Of a DNA stretch of 64,000 nt, positions 9,829 to 24,800 are shown piece after piece. Each line of letters opens with the position of its first letter. Positions within the stretch are counted from its first letter, which is position 1. Below the pieces are notes generated by a model. The model saw only the letters and a list, made by a program, of their open reading frames with translations. It searched no databases and was not told the DNA's origin. This DNA is from Octopus sinensis (lineage: Eukaryota). A program made the translations under genes and the position numbers. The stretch spans positions 15,934,001-15,998,000 of the forward strand of contig NC_043020.1 of NCBI RefSeq assembly GCF_006345805.1, written 5' to 3'.

Positions 9829-12800
9829 TTCTGACTCTTTCTGTAGGTATGGCAAAGGAGTCAAATCCTTCTGATTCTTTATGAAGGAATGGCAAAGGAG
9901 TCAAATCCTTCTGATTCTTATTGAAGGTATGGCAAAGGAATCAAATCCTTCTGATTCTTTCTGAAGGAATGGCAAAGGAGTCAAATCCTTCCGATTCTTT
10001 CTGAAGGAATGGCAAAGGAGTCAAATCCTTCTGATTCTTATTGAAGGTATGGCAAAGGAATCAAATCCTTCTGATTCTTTCTGAAGGAATGGCAAAGGAG
10101 TCAAATCCTTCCGATTCTTTCTGAAGGAATGGCAAAGGAGTCAAATCCTTCTGACTCTTCCTGAAGGTATGGCAAAGGAGTCAAATCCTTCTGATTCTTT
10201 TTGAAGGTATGGCAAAGGAGTCAAATCCTTCTGACTCTTCCTGAAGGTATGGCAAAGGAGTCAAATCCATCTGACTCTTTCTGAAGGTATGGCAAAGGAG
10301 TCAAATCCTTCTGACTCTTTCTGAAGGTATGGCAAAGGAGTCAAATCCTTCTGATTCTTTCTGAAGGTATGGCAAAGGAGTCAAATCCTTCTGACTTTTC
10401 CTGAAGGTATGACAAAGGAGTCAAATCCTTCTGACTCTTTCTGAAGGTATGGCAAAGGAGTCAAATCCTTCCGATTCTTTCTGAAGGAATGGCAAAGGAG
10501 TCAAATCCTTCTGACTCTTTCTGAAGGTATGGCAAAGGAGTCAAATCCTTCTGACTCTTTCTGAAGGTATGGCAAAGGAGTCAAATCCTTCTGACTCTTT
10601 CTGAAGGTATGGCAAAGGAGTCAAATCCTTCTGATTCTTTCTGAAGGAATGGCAAAGGAGTCAAATCCTTCTGATTCTTTCTGAAGGAATGGCAAAGGAG
10701 TCAAATCCTTCTGACTCTTTCTGAAGGAATGGCAAAGGAGTCAAATCCTTCTGATTCTTTCTGAAGGAATGGCAAAGGAGTCAAATCCTTCTGATTCTTT
10801 TTGAAGGTATGGCAAAGGAGTCAAATCCTTCTGACTCTTTCTGAAGGTATGGCAAAGGAGTCAAATCCTTCTGACTCTTCTGAAGGTATGGCAAAGGAGT
10901 CAAATCCTTCTGACTCTTTCTGAAGGAATGGCAAAGGAGTCAAATCCTTCTGATTCTTTCTGAAGGAATGGCAAAGGAGTCAAATCCTTCTGATTCTTTT
11001 TGAAGGTATGGCAAAGGAGTCAAATCCTTCTGACTCTTTCTGAAGGAATGGCAAAGGAGTCAATTCCTTCTGATTCTTTCTGAAGGAATGGCAAAGGAGT
11101 CAAATCCTTCTGATCTTTTTGAAGGTATGGCAAAGGAGTCAAATCCTTCTGACTCTTTCTGAAGGTATGGCAAAGGAGGCAAATCCTTCTGACTCTTTCT
11201 GAAGGTATGGCAAAGGAGTCAAATCCTTCTGATTCTTTTTGAAGGTATGGCAAAGGAGTCAAATCCTTCTGACTCTTTCTGAAGGTATGGCAAAGGAGTC
11301 AAATCCTTCTGACTCTTTTTGAAGGTATGGCAAAGGAGTCAAATCCTTCTGATTCTTTTTGAAGGTATGGCAAAGGAGTCAAATCCTTCTGATTCTTTCT
11401 GAAGGTATGGCAAAGGAGTCAAATCCTTCTGACTCTTTTTGAAGGTATGGCAAAGGAGTCAAATCCTTCTGATTCTTTTTGAAGGTATGGCAAAGGAGTC
11501 AAATCCTTCTGACTCTTTTTGAAGGTATGGCAAAGGAGTCAAATCCTTCTGACTCTTTTTGAAGGTATGGCAAAGGAGTCAAATCCTTCTGACTCTTTTT
11601 GAAGGTATGGCAAAGGAGTCAAATCCTTCTGACTCTTTTTGAAGGTATGGCAAAGGAGTCAAATCCTTCAGACTCTTCTTGAAGGTATGGCAAAGGAGTC
11701 AAATCCTTCTGATTCTTATTGAAGGTATGGCAAAGGAGTCAAATCCTCTGATTCTTTCTGAAGGTATGGCAAAGGAGTCAAATCCTTCTGACTCTTTTTG
11801 AAGGTATGGCAAAGGAGTCAAATCCTTCTGATTCTTCCTGAAGGTATGGCAAAGGAGTCAAATCCTTCTGACTCTTTCTGAAGGTATGGCAAAGGAGTCA
11901 AATCCTTCTGTCTCTTTCTGAAGGTATGGCAAAGGAGTCAAATCCTCTGACTCTTTCTGAAGGTATGGCAAAGGAGTCAAATCCTTCTGACTCTTCCTGA
12001 AGGTATGGCAAAGGAGTCAAATCCTTCTGATTCTTTTTGAAGGTATGGCAAAGGAGTCAAATCCTTCTGACTCTTTCTGAAGGTATGGCAAAGGAGTCAA
12101 ATACGTCTCTGAATCTTTTTGAAGGTATGGCAAAGGAGTCAAATCTTCTGACTCTTCCTGAAGGTATGGCAAAGGAGTCAAATCCTTCTGACTCTTTCTG
12201 AAGGTATGGCAAAGGAGTCAAATCCTTCTGACTCTTTCTGAAGTATGGCAAAGGAGTCAAATACTTCTGATTCTTTCTGGAGGTATGGCAAAGGAGTCAA
12301 ATCCTTCTGACTCTTTTGAAGGTATGGCAAAGGAGTCAAATCCTTCTGACTCTTCCTGAAGGTATGGCAAAGGAGTCAAATCCTTCTGATTCTTTTTGAA
12401 GGTGTGGCAACGGAGTCAAATCTTCACTCTTCCTGAAGGTATGCCAAAGGAGTCAAATCCTTCTGACTCATTCTGAAGGTATGGCAAAGGAGTCAAATCC
12501 TTCTGACTCTTTCTGAGGTATGGCAAAGGAGTCAAATCCTTCTGACTCTTTCTGAAGGTATGGCAAAGGAGTCAAATCCTTCTGACTCTTTCTGAAGGTA
12601 TGGCAAAGGAGTCAAATCCTTCTGACTCTTTTGAAGGTATGGCAAAGGAGTCAAATCCTTCTGACTCTTTCTGAAGGTATGGCAAAGGAGTCAAATCCTT
12701 CTGATTCTTTCTGAAGTATGGCAAAGGAGTCAATCCTTCTGATTCTTTTTGAAGGTATGGCAAAGGAGTCAAATCCTTCTGACTCTTCCTGAAGGTATGG

Positions 12801-15800
12801 CAAAGGAGTCAAATCCTTCTGACTCTTTCTGAAGGAATGGCAAAGGAGTCAAATCCTTCTGATTCTTTCTGAAGGTATGGCAAAGGAGTCAAATCCTTCT
12901 GACTCTTTTTGAAGGTATGGCAAAGGAGTCAAATCCTTCTGATTCTTTCTGAAGGTATGGCAAAGGAGTCAAATCCTTCTGACTCTTTTTAAAGGAATGG
13001 CAAAGGAGTCAAATCCTTCTGACTCTTCCTGAAGGTATGGCAAAGGAGTCAAATCCTTCTGACTCTTTCTGAAGGTATGGCAAAGGAGTCAAATCCTTCT
13101 GATTCTTTCTGAAGGTGTGGCAAAGGAGTCAAATCCTTCTGACTCTTTTCGAAGGAATGGCAAAGGAGTCAAATCCTTCTGATTCTTTCTGAAGGAATGG
13201 CAAAGGAGTCAAATCCTTCTGATTCTTTCTGAAGGAATGGCAAAGGAGTCAAATCCTTCTGATTCTTTCTGAAGGAATGGCAAAGGAGTCAAATCCTTCT
13301 GATTCTTTCTGAAGGAATGGCAAAGGAGTCAAATCCTTCTGACTCTTCCTGAAGGTATGGCAAAGGAGTCAAATCCTTCTGACTCTTTTTGAAGGAATAG
13401 CAAAGGAGTCAAATCCTTCTGACTCTTTCTGAAGGAATGGCAAAGGAGTCAAATCCTTCTGACTCTTTCTGTAGGTATGGCAAAAGAGTCAAATCCTTCT
13501 GACTCTTTCTGTAGTATGGCAAAGGTGTCAAATCCTTCTGATTCTTTCTGAAGGAATGGCAAAGGAGTCAAATCCTTCTGACTCTTTTTGAAGGAATGGC
13601 AAAGGAGTCAAATCCTTCTGACTCTTTCTGTAGGTATGGCAAAGGTGTCAAATCCTTCTGATTCTTTCTGAAGGAATGGCAAAGGAGTCAAATCCTTCTG
13701 ACTCTTTTTGAAGGAATGGCAAAGGAGTCAAATCCTTCTGACTCCTTTTGAAGGAATGGCAAAGGAGTCAAATCCTTCTGATTCTCTCTGAAGGAATGGC
13801 AAAGGAGTCAAATCCTTCTGATTCTTTCTGAAGGAATGGCAAAGGAGTCAAATCCTTCTGATTCTTTTTGAAAGCATGGCAAAGGAGTCAAATCCTTCTG
13901 ATTCTTTTTGAAAGTATGTCAAAGGAGTCAATCCTTCTGATTCTTTTGAAAGTATGGCAAAGGAGTCAAATCCTTCTGATTCTTTCTGAAGGAATGGCAA
14001 AGGAGTCAAATCCTTCTGGTTCTTTTTGAAAGTATGGCAAAGGAGTCAAATCCTTCTGATTCTTTTTGAAAGTATGGCAAAGGTGTCAAATCCTTCTGAT
14101 TCTTTCTGAAGGAATGGCAAAGGAGTCAAATCCTTCTGACTCTTTTTGAAGGAATGGCAAAGGAGTCAAATCCTTCTGACTCTTTTTGAAGGAATGGCAA
14201 AGGAGTCAAATCCTTCTGACTCTTTTTGAAGGAATGGCAAAGGAGTCAAATCCTTCTGACTCTTTCTGTAGGTATGGCAAAGGTGTCAAATCCGTCTGAT
14301 TCTTTATGAAGGAATGGCAAAGGAGTCAAATCCTTCTGACTCTTTTTGAAGGAATGGCAAAGGAGTCAACCTTCTGACTCCTTTTGAAGGAATGGCAAAG
14401 GAGTCAAATCCTTCTGATTCTTTCTGAAGGAATGGCAAAGGAGTCAAATCCTTCTGATTCTTTTTGAAAGTATGGCAAAGGAGTCAAATCCTTCTGATTC
14501 TTTTGAAAGTATGGCAAAGGAGTCAAATCCTTCTGATTCTTTTTGAAAGTATGGCAAAGGAGTCAAATCCTTCTGATTCTTTTTGAAAGTATGGCAAAGG
14601 AGTCAAATCCTTCTGATTCTTTCTGAAGGAATGGCAAAGGAGTCAAATCCTTCTGATTCTTTCTGAAGGAATGGCAAAGGAGTCAAATCCTTCTGACTCT
14701 TCCTGAAGGTATGGCAAAGGAGTCAAATCCTTCTGACTCTTTTTGAAGGAATAGCAAAGGAGTCAAATCCTTCTGACTCTTTCTGAAGGAATGGCAAAGG
14801 AGTCAAATCCTTCTGACTCTTTCTGTAGGTATGGCAAAAGAGTCAAATCCTTCTGACTCTTTCTGTAGGTATGGCAAAGGTGTCAAATCCTTCTGATCTT
14901 TCTGAAGGAATGGCAAAGGAGTCAAATCCTTCTGACTCTTTTTGAAGGAATGGCAAAGGAGTCAAATCCTTCTGACTCTTTCTGTAGGTATGGCAAAGGT
15001 GTCAAATCCTTCTGATTCTTTCTGAAGGAATGGCAAAGGAGTCAAATCCTTCTGACTCTTTTTGAAGGAATGGCAAAGGAGTCAAATCCTTCTGACTCCT
15101 TTTGAAGGAATGGCAAAGGAGTCAAATCCTTCTGATTCTCTCTGAAGGAATGGCAAAGGAGTCAAATCCTTCTGATTCTTTCTGAAGGAATGGCAAAGGA
15201 GTCAAATCCTTCTGATTCTTTTTGAAAGCATGGCAAAGGAGTCAAATCCTTCTGATTCTTTTTGAAAGTATGTCAAAGGAGTCAAATCCTTCTGATTCTT
15301 TTTGAAAGTATGGCAAAGGAGTCAAATCCTTCTGATTCTTTCTGAAGGAATGGCAAAGGAGTCAAATCCTTCTGGTTCTTTTTGAAAGTATGGCAAAGGA
15401 GTCAAATCCTTCTGATTCTTTTTGAAAGTATGGCAAAGGTGTCAAATCCTTCTGATTCTTTCTGAAGGAATGGCAAAGGAGTCAAATCCTTCTGACTCTT
15501 TTTGAAGGAATGGCAAAGGAGTCAAATCCTTCTGACTCTTTTTCAAAGGAATGGCAAAGGAGTCAAATCCTTCTGACTATTTTTGAAGGAATGGCAAAGG
15601 AGTCAAATCCTTCTGACTCTTTCTGTAGGTATGGCAAAGGTGTCAAATCCGTCTGATTCTTTATGAAGGAATGGCAAAGGAGTCAAATCCTTCTGACTCT
15701 TTTTGAAGGAATGGCAAAGGAGTCAAATCCTTCTGACTCCTTTTGAAGGAATGGCAAAGGAGTCAAATCCTTCTGATTCTTTCTGAAGGAATGGCAAAGG

Positions 15801-18800
15801 AGTCAAATCCTTCTGATTCTTTTTGAAAGTATGGCAAAGGAGTCAAATCCTTCTGATTCTTTTGAAAGTATGGCAAAGGAGTCAAATCCTTCTGATTCTT
15901 TTTGAAAGTATGGCAAAGGAGTCAAATCCTTCTGATTCTTTTTGAAAGTATGGCAAGGAGTCAAATCCTTCTGATTCTTTCTGAAGGAATGGCAAAGGAG
16001 TCAAATCCTTCTGGTTCTTTTTGAAAGTATGGCAAAGGAGTCAAATCCTTCTGATTCTTTTTGAAAGTATGGCAAAGGTGTCAAATCCTTCTGATTCTTT
16101 CTGAAGGAAGGCAAAGGAGTCAAATCCTTCTGACTCTTTTTGAAGGAATGGCAAAGGAGTCAAATCCTTCTGACTCTTTCTGAAGGAATGGCAAAGGAGT
16201 CAAATCCTTCTGACTCTTTCTGTAGGTATGGCAAAGGAGTCAAATCCTTCTGACTCTTTCTGTAGGTATGGCAAAGGTGTCAAATCCTTCTGATTCTTTC
16301 TGAAGGAATGGCAAAGGAGTCAAATCCTTCTGACTCTTTTTGAAGGAATGGCAAAGGAGTCAAATCCTTCTGACTCTTTTTGAAGGAATGGCAAAGGAGT
16401 CAAATCCTTCTGACTCTTTTTGAAGGAATGGCAAAGGAGTCAAATCCTTCTGTCTCTTTCTGAAGGTATGGCAAAGGAGTCAAATCCTTCTGACTCTTTC
16501 TGAAGGTATGGCAAAGGAGTCAAATCCTTCTGACTCTTCCTGAAGGTATGGCAAAGGAGTCAAATCCTTCTGATTCTTTTTGAAGGTATGGCAAAGGAGT
16601 CAAATCCTTCTGACTCTTTCTGAAGGTATGGCAAAAGAGTCAAATACGTCTGACTCTTTTTGAGGTATGGCAAAGGAGTCAAATCCTTCTGACTCTTCCT
16701 GAGGGTATGGCAAAGGAGTCAAATCCTTCTGACTCTTTCTGAAGGTATGGCAAAGGAGTCAAATCCTTCTGACTCTTTCTGAAGGTATGGCAAAGGAGTC
16801 AAATCCTTCTGATTCTTTCTGAAGGTATGGCAAAGGAGTCAAATCCTTCTGACTCTTTTTGAAGGTATGGCAAAGGAGTCAAATCCTTCTGACTCTTCCT
16901 GAAGGTATGGCAAAGGAGTCAAATCCTTCTGATTCTTTTTGAAGGTGTGGCAACGGAGTCAAATCCTTCTGACTCTTCCTGAAGGTATGGCAAAGGAGTC
17001 AAATCCTTCTGACTCTTTCTGAAGGTATGGCAAAGGAGTCAAATCCTTCAGACTCTTTCTGAAGGTATGGCAAAGGAGTCAAATCCTTCTGACTCTTTCT
17101 GAAGGTATGGCAAAGGAGTCAAATCCTTCTGACTCTTTCTGAAGGTATGGCAAAGGAGTCAAATCCTTCTGACTCTTTTTGAAGGTATGGCAAAGGAGTC
17201 AAATCCTTCTGACTCTTTCTGAAGGTATGGCAAAGGAGTCAAATCCTTCTGACTCTTTTTGAAGGTATGGCAAAGGAGTCAAATCCTTCTGATTCTTTCT
17301 GAAGGTATGGCAAAGGAGTCAAATCCTTCTGATTCTTTTTGAAGGTATGGCAAAGGAGTCAAATCCTTCTGACTCTTCCTGAAGGTATGGCAAAGGAGTC
17401 AAATCCTTCTGACTCTTTCTGAAGGAATGGCAAAGGAGTCAAATCCTTCTGATTCTTTCTGAAGGTATGGCAAAGGAGTCAAATCCTTCTGACTCTTTTT
17501 GAAGGTATGGCAAAGGAGTCAAATCCTTCTGATTCTTTCTGAAGGTATGGCAAAGGAGTCAAATCCTTCTGACTCTTTTTAAGGAATGGCAAAGGAGTCA
17601 AATCCTTCTGACTCTTCCTGAAGGTATGGCAAAGGAGTCAAATCCTTCTGACTCTTTCTGAAGTATGGCAAAGGAGTCAAATCCTTCTGATTCTTTCTGA
17701 AGGTGTGGCAAAGGAGTCAAATCCTTCTGACTCTTTTCGAAGGAATGGCAAAGGAGTCAAATCCTTCTGATTCTTTCTGAAGGAATGGCAAAGGAGTCAA
17801 ATCCTTCTGATTCTTTCTGAAGGAATGGCAAAGGAGTCAAATCCTTCTGATTCTTTCTGAAGGAATGGCAAAGGAGTCAAATCCTTCTGATTCTTTCTGA
17901 GGAATGGCAAAGGAGTCAAATCCTTCTGACTCTTCCTGAAGGTATGGCAAAGGAGTCAAATCCTTCTGACTCTTTTTGAAGGAATAGCAAAGGAGTCAAA
18001 TCCTTCTGACTCTTTCTGAAGGAATGGCAAAGGAGTCAAATCCTTCTGACTCTTTCTGTAGGTATGGCAAAAGAGTCAAATCCTTCTGACTCTTTCTGTA
18101 GGTATGGCAAAGGTGTCAAATCCTTCTGATTCTTTCTGAAGGAATGGCAAAGGAGTCAAATCCTTCTGACTCTTTTTGAAGGAATGGCAAAGGAGTCAAA
18201 TCCTTCTGACTCTTTCTGTAGGTATGGCAAAGGTGTCAAATCCTTCTGATTCTTTCTGAAGGAATGGCAAAGGAGTCAAATCCTTCTGACTCTTTTTGAA
18301 GGAATGGCAAAGGAGTCAAATCCTTCTGATTCTTTCTGAAGGAATGGCAAAGGAGTCAAATCCTTCTGATTCTTTTTGAAAGCATGGCAAAGGAGTCAAA
18401 TCCTTCTGATTCTTTTTGAAAGTATGTCAAAGGAGTCAAATCCTTCTGATTCTTTTTGAAAGTATGGCAAAGGAGTCAAATCCTTCTGATTCTTTATGAA
18501 GGAATGGCAAAGGAGTCAAATCCTTCTGATTCTTATTGAAGGTATGGCAAAGGAATCAAATCCTTCTGATTTTTTCTGAAGGAAAGGCAAAGGAGTCAAA
18601 TCCTTCCGATTCTTTCTGAAGGAATGGCAAAGGAGTCAAAACCTTCTGATTCTTTCTGAAGGAATGGCAAAGGAGTCAAATCCTTCTGATTCTTTCTGAA
18701 GGAATGGCAAAGGAGTCAAATCCTTCTGATTCTTTTTGAAAGCATGGCAAAGGAGTCAAATCCTTCTGATTCTTTTTGAAAGTATGTCAAAGGAGTCAAA

Positions 18801-21800
18801 TCCTTCTGATTCTTTTTGAAAGTATGGCAAAGGAGTCAAATCCTTCTGATTCTTTATGAAGGAATGGCAAAGGAGTCAAATCCTTCTGATTCTTATTGAA
18901 GGTATGGCAAAGGAATCAAATCCTTCTGATTTTTTCTGAAGGAAAGGCAAAGGAGTCAAATCCTTCCGATTCTTTCTGAAGGAATGGCAAAGGAGTCAAA
19001 TCCTTCTGATTCTTTCTGAAGGAATGGCAAAGGAGTCAAATCCTTCTGATTCTTTATGAAGGAATGGCAAAGGAGTCAAATCCTTCTGATTCTTATTGAA
19101 GGTATGGCAAAGGAGTCAAATCCTTCTGATTCTTTCTGAAGGAATGGCAAAGGAGTCAAATCCTTCTGATTCTTTCTGAAGGTATGGCAAAGGAGTCAAA
19201 TCCTTCTGACTCTTTCTGAAGGTATGGCAAAGGAGTCAAATCCTTCTGATTCTTTCTGAAGGTATGGCAAAGGAGTCAAATCCTTCTGACTCTTCCTGAA
19301 GGTATGGCAAAGGAGTCAAATCCTTCTGATTCTTTTTGAAGGTATGGCAAAGGAGTCAAATCCTTCTGACTCTTCCTGAAGGTATGGCAAAGGAGTCAAA
19401 TCCATCTGACTCTTTCTGAAGGTATGGCAAAGGAGTCAAATCTTTCTGACTCTTTCTAAAGGTATGGCAAGGAGTCAAATCCTTCTGATTCTTCTGAAGG
19501 TATGGCAAAGGAGTCAAATCCATCTGACTTTTCTGAAGGTATGACAAAGGAGTCAAATCCTTCTGACTCTTTCTGAAGGTATGGCAAAGGAGTCAAATCC
19601 TTCCGATTCTTTCTGAAGGAATGGCAAAGGAGTCAAATCCGTCTGACTCTTTCTGAAGGTATGGCAAAGGAGTCAAATCCTTCTGACTCTTTCTGAAGGT
19701 ATGGCAAAGGAGTCAAATCCTTCTGACTCTTTCTGAAGGTATGGCAAAGGAGTCAAATCCTTCTGATTCTTTCTGAAGGAATGGCAAAGGAGTCAAATCC
19801 TTCTGATTCTTTCTGAAGGAATGGCAAAGGAGTCAAATCCTTCTGACTCTTTCTGAAGGAATGGCAAAGGAGTCAAATCCTTCTGATTCTTTCTGAAGGA
19901 ATGGCAAAGGAGTCAAATCCTTTTGATTCTTTTTGAAGGTATGGCAAAGGAGTCAAATCCTTCTGACTCTTTCTGAAGGTATGGCAAAGGAGTCAAATCC
20001 TTCTGACTCTTTCTGAAGGTATGGCAAAGGAGTCAAATCCTTCTGACTCTTTCTGAAGGAATGGCAAAGGAGTCAAATCCTTCTGATTCTTTCTGAAGGA
20101 ATGGCAAAGGAGTCAAATCCTTCTGATTCTTTTTGAAGGTATGGCAAAGGAGTCAAATCCTTCTGACTCTTTCTGAAGGAATGGCAAAGGAGTCAATTCC
20201 TTCTGATTCTTTCTGAAGGAATGGCAAAGGAGTCAAATCCTTCTGATTCTTTTTGAAGGTATGGCAAAGGAGTCAAATCCTTCTGACTCTTTCTGAAGGT
20301 ATGGCAAAGGAGGCAAATCCTTCTGACTCTTTCTGAAGGTATGGCAAAGGAGTCAAATCCTTCTGATTCTTTTTGAAGGTATGGCAAAGGAGTCAAATCC
20401 TTCTGACTCTTTCTGAAGGTATGGCAAAGGAGTCAAATCCTTCTGATCTTTTTGAAGGTATGGCAAAGGAGTCAAATCCTTCTGATTCTTTTTGAAGGTA
20501 TGGCAAAGGAGTCAAATCCTCTGATTCTTTCTGAAGTATGGCAAAGGAGTCAAATCCTTCTGACTCTTTTTGAAGGTATGGCAAAGGAGTCAAATCCTTC
20601 TGATTCTTTTTGAAGGTATGGCAAAGGAGTCAAATCCTTCTGACTCTTTTTGAAGGTATGGCAAAGGAGTCAAATCCTTCTGACTCTTTTTGAAGGTATG
20701 GCAAAGGAGTCAAATCCTTCTGACTCTTTTTGAAGGTATGGCAAAGGAGTCAAATCCTTCTGACTCTTTTTGAAGGTATGGCAAAGGAGTCAAATCCTTC
20801 AGACTCTTCTTGAAGGTATGGCAAAGGAGTCAAATCCTTCTGATTCTTATTGAAGGTATGGCAAAAGAGTCAAATCCTTCTAATTCTTTCTGAAGGTATG
20901 GCAAAGGAGTCAAATGCTTCTGACTCTTTTTGAAGGTATGGCAAAGGAGTCAAATCCTTCTGACTCTTCCTGAAGGTATGGCAAAGGAGTCAAATCCTTC
21001 TGTCTCTTTCTGAAGGTATGGCAAAGGAGTCAAATCCTTCTGTCTCTTTCTGAAGGTATGGCAAAGGAGTCAAATCCTTCTGACTCTTTCTGAAGGTATG
21101 GCAAAGGAGTCAAATCCTTCTGACTCTTCCTGAAGGTATGGCAAAGGAGTCAAATCCTTCTGATTCTTTTTGAAGGTATGGCAAAGGAGTCAAATCCTTC
21201 TGACTCTTTCTGAAGGTATGGCAAAGGAGTCAAATACGTCTGACTCTTTTTGAAGGTATGGCAAAGGAGTCAAATCCTTCTGACTCTTCCTGAAGGTATG
21301 GCAAAGGAGTCAAATCCTTCTGACTCTTTCTGAAGGTATGGCAAAGGAGTCAAATCCTTCTGACTCTTTCTGAAGGTATGGCAAAGGAGTCAAATCCTTC
21401 TGATTCTTTCTGAAGGTATGGCAAAGGAGTCAAATCCTTCTGACTCTTTTTGAAGGTATGGCAAAGGAGTCAAATCCTTCTGACTCTTCCTGAAGGTATG
21501 GCAAAGGAGTCAAATCCTTCTGATTCTTTTTGAAGGTGTGGCAACGGAGTCAAATCCTTCTGACTCTTCCTGAAGGTATGGCAAAGGAGTCAAATCCTTC
21601 TGACTCTTTCTGAAGGTATGGCAAAGGAGTCAAATCCTTCTGACTCTTTCTGAAGGTATGGCAAAGGAGTCAAATCCTTCTGACTCTTTCTGAAGGTATG
21701 GCAAAGGAGTCAAATCCTTCTGACTCTTTTTGAAGGTATGGCAAAGGAGTCAAATCCTTCTGACTCTTTCTGAAGGTATGGCAAAGGAGTCAAATCCTTC

Positions 21801-24800
21801 TGACTCTTTTTGAAGGTATGGCAAAGGAGTCAAATCCTTCTGATTCTTTCTGAAGGTATGGCAAAGGAGTCAAATCCTTCTGATTCTTTTTGAAGGTATG
21901 GCAAAGGAGTCAAATCCTTCTGACTCTTCCTGAAGGTATGGCAAAGGAGTCAAATCCTTCTGACTCTTTCTGAAGGAATGGCAAAGGAGTCAAATCCTTC
22001 TGATTCTTTCTGAAGGTATGGCAAAGGAGTCAAATCCTTCTGACTCTTTTTGAAGGTATGGCAAAGGAGTCAAATCCTTCTGATTCTTTCTGAAGGTATG
22101 GCAAAGGAGTCAAATCCTTCTGACTCTTTTTAAAGGAATGGCAAAGAAGTCAAATCCTTCTGACTCTTCCTGAAGGTATGGCAAAGGAGTCAAATCCTTC
22201 TGACTCTTTCTGAAGGTATGGCAAAAGAGTCAAATCCTTCTGACTCTTTCTGAAGGAATGGCAAAGGAGTCAAATCCTTCTGACTCTTTTCGAAGGAATG
22301 GCAAAGGAGTCAAATCCTTCTGATTCTTTCTGAAGGAATGGCAAAGGAGTCAAATCCTTCTGATTCTTTCTGAAGGAATGGCAAATGAGTCAAATCCTTC
22401 TGATTCTTTCTGAAGGAATGGCAAAGGAGTCAAATCCTTCTGATTCTTTCTGAAGGAATGGCAAAGGAGTCAAATCCTTCTGACTCTTTTCGAAGGAATG
22501 GCAAAGGAGTCAAATCCTTCTGACACTTTTTGAAGGAATAGCAAAGGAGTCAAATCCTTCTGACTCTTTCTGAAGGAATGGCAAGGAGTCAAATCCTTCT
22601 GACTCTTTCTGTAGGTATGGCAAAAGAGTCAAATCCTTCTGACTCTTTCTGTAGGTATGGCAAAGGTGTCAAATCCTTCTGACTCTTTTTGAAGGAATGG
22701 CAAAGGAGTCAAATCCTTCTGACTCTTTTTGAAGGAATGGCAAAGGAGTCAAATCCTTCTGACTCTTTCTGTAGGTATGGCAAAGGTGTCAAATCCTTCT
22801 GATTCTTTCTGAAGGAATGGCAAAGGAGTCAAATCCTTCTGACTCTTTTTGAAGGAATGGCAAAGGAGTCAAATCCTTCTGACTCCTTTTGAAGGAATGG
22901 CAAGGAGTCAAATCCTTCTGACTCCTTTTGAAGGAATGGCAAAGGAGTCAAATCCTTCTGATTCTCTCTGAAGGAATGGCAAAGGAGTCAATCCTTCTGA
23001 TTCTTTCTGAAGGAATGGCAAAGGAGTCAAATCCTTCTGATTCTTTTTGAAAGTATGGCAAAGGAGTCAAATCCTTCTGATTCTTTTTGAAAGCATGGCA
23101 AAGGAGTCAAATCCTTCTGATTCTTTCTGAAGGTATGGCAAAGGAGTCAAATCCTTCTGATTCTTTTTGAAGGTATGGCAAAGGAGTCAAATCCTTCTGA
23201 CTCTTCCTGAAGGTATGGCAAAGGAGTCAAATCCTTCTGACTCTTTCTGAAGGAATGGCAAAGGAGTCAAATCCTTCTGATTCTTTCTGAAGGTATGGCA
23301 AAGGAGTCAAATCCTTCTGACTCTTTTTGAAGGTATGGCAAAGGAGTCAAATCCTTCTGATTCTTTCTGAAGGTATGGCAAAGGAGTCAAATCCTTCTGA
23401 CTCTTTTTAAAGGAATGGCAAAGGAGTCAAATCCTTCTGACTCTTCCTGAAGGTATGGCAAAGGAGTCAAATCCTTCTGACTCTTTCTGAAGGTGTGGCA
23501 AAGGAGTCAAATCCTTCTGACTCTTTTCGAAGGAATGGCAAAGGAGTCAAATCCTTCTGATTCTTTCTGAAGGAATGGCAAAGGAGTCAAATCCTTCTGA
23601 TTCTTTCTGAAGGAATGGCAAAGGAGTCAAATCCTTCTGATTCTTTCTGAAGGAATGGCAAAGGAGTCAAATCCTTCTGATTCTTTCTGAAGGAATGGCA
23701 AAGGAGTCAAATCCTTCTGACTCTTCCTGAAGGTATGGCAAAGGAGTCAAATCCTTCTGACTCTTTTTGAAGGAATAGCAAAGGAGTCAAATCCTTCTGA
23801 CTCTTTCTGAAGGAATGGCAAAGGAGTCAAATCCTTCTGACTCTTTCTGTAGGTATGGCAAAAGAGTCAAATCCTTCTGACTCTTTCTGTAGGTATGGCA
23901 AAGGTGTCAAATCCTTCTGATTCTTTCTGAAGGAATGGCAAAGGAGTCAAATCCTTCTGACTCTTTTGAAGGAATGGCAAAGGAGTCAAATCCTTCTGAC
24001 TCTTTCTGTAGGTATGGCAAAGGTGTCAAATCCTTCTGATTCTTTCTGAAGGTATGGCAAAGGAGTCAAATCCTTCTGACTCTTTTTGAAGGAATGGCAA
24101 AGGAGTCAAATCCTTCTGACTCCTTTTGAAGGAATGGCAAAGGAGTCAAATCCTTCTGACTCCTTTTGAAGGAATGGCAAAGGAGTCAAATCCTTCTGAT
24201 TCTCTCTGAAGGAATGGCAAAGGAGTCAAATTCTTCTGATTTTTTCTGAAGGAATGGCAAAGGAGTCAAATCCTTCTGATTCTTTTTGAAAGTATGGCAA
24301 AGGAGTCAAATCCTTCTGATTCTTTTTGAAAGCATGGCAAAGGAGTCAAATCCTTCTGATTCTTTTTGAAAGTATGTCAAAGGAGTCAAATCCTTCTGAT
24401 TCTTTTTGAAAGTATGGCAAAGGAGTCAAATCCTTCTGATTCTTTCTGAAGGAATGGCAAAGGAGTCAAATCCTTCTGGTTCTTTTTGAAAGTATGGCAA
24501 AGGAGTCAAATCCTTCTGATTCTTTTTGAAAGTATGGCAAAGGTGTCAAATCCTTCTGATTCTTTCTGAAGGAATGGCAAAGGAGTCAAATCCTTCTGAC
24601 TCTTTTTGAAGGAATGGCAAAGGAGTCAAATCCTTCTGACTCTTTTTGAAGGAATGGCAAAGGAGTCAAATCCTTCTGACTCTTTTTGAAGGAATGGCAA
24701 AGGAGTCAAATCCTTCTGACTCTTTCTGTAGGTATGGCAAAGGTGTCAAATCCGTCTGATTCTTTCTGAAGGAATGGCAAAGGAGTCAAATCCTTCTGAC

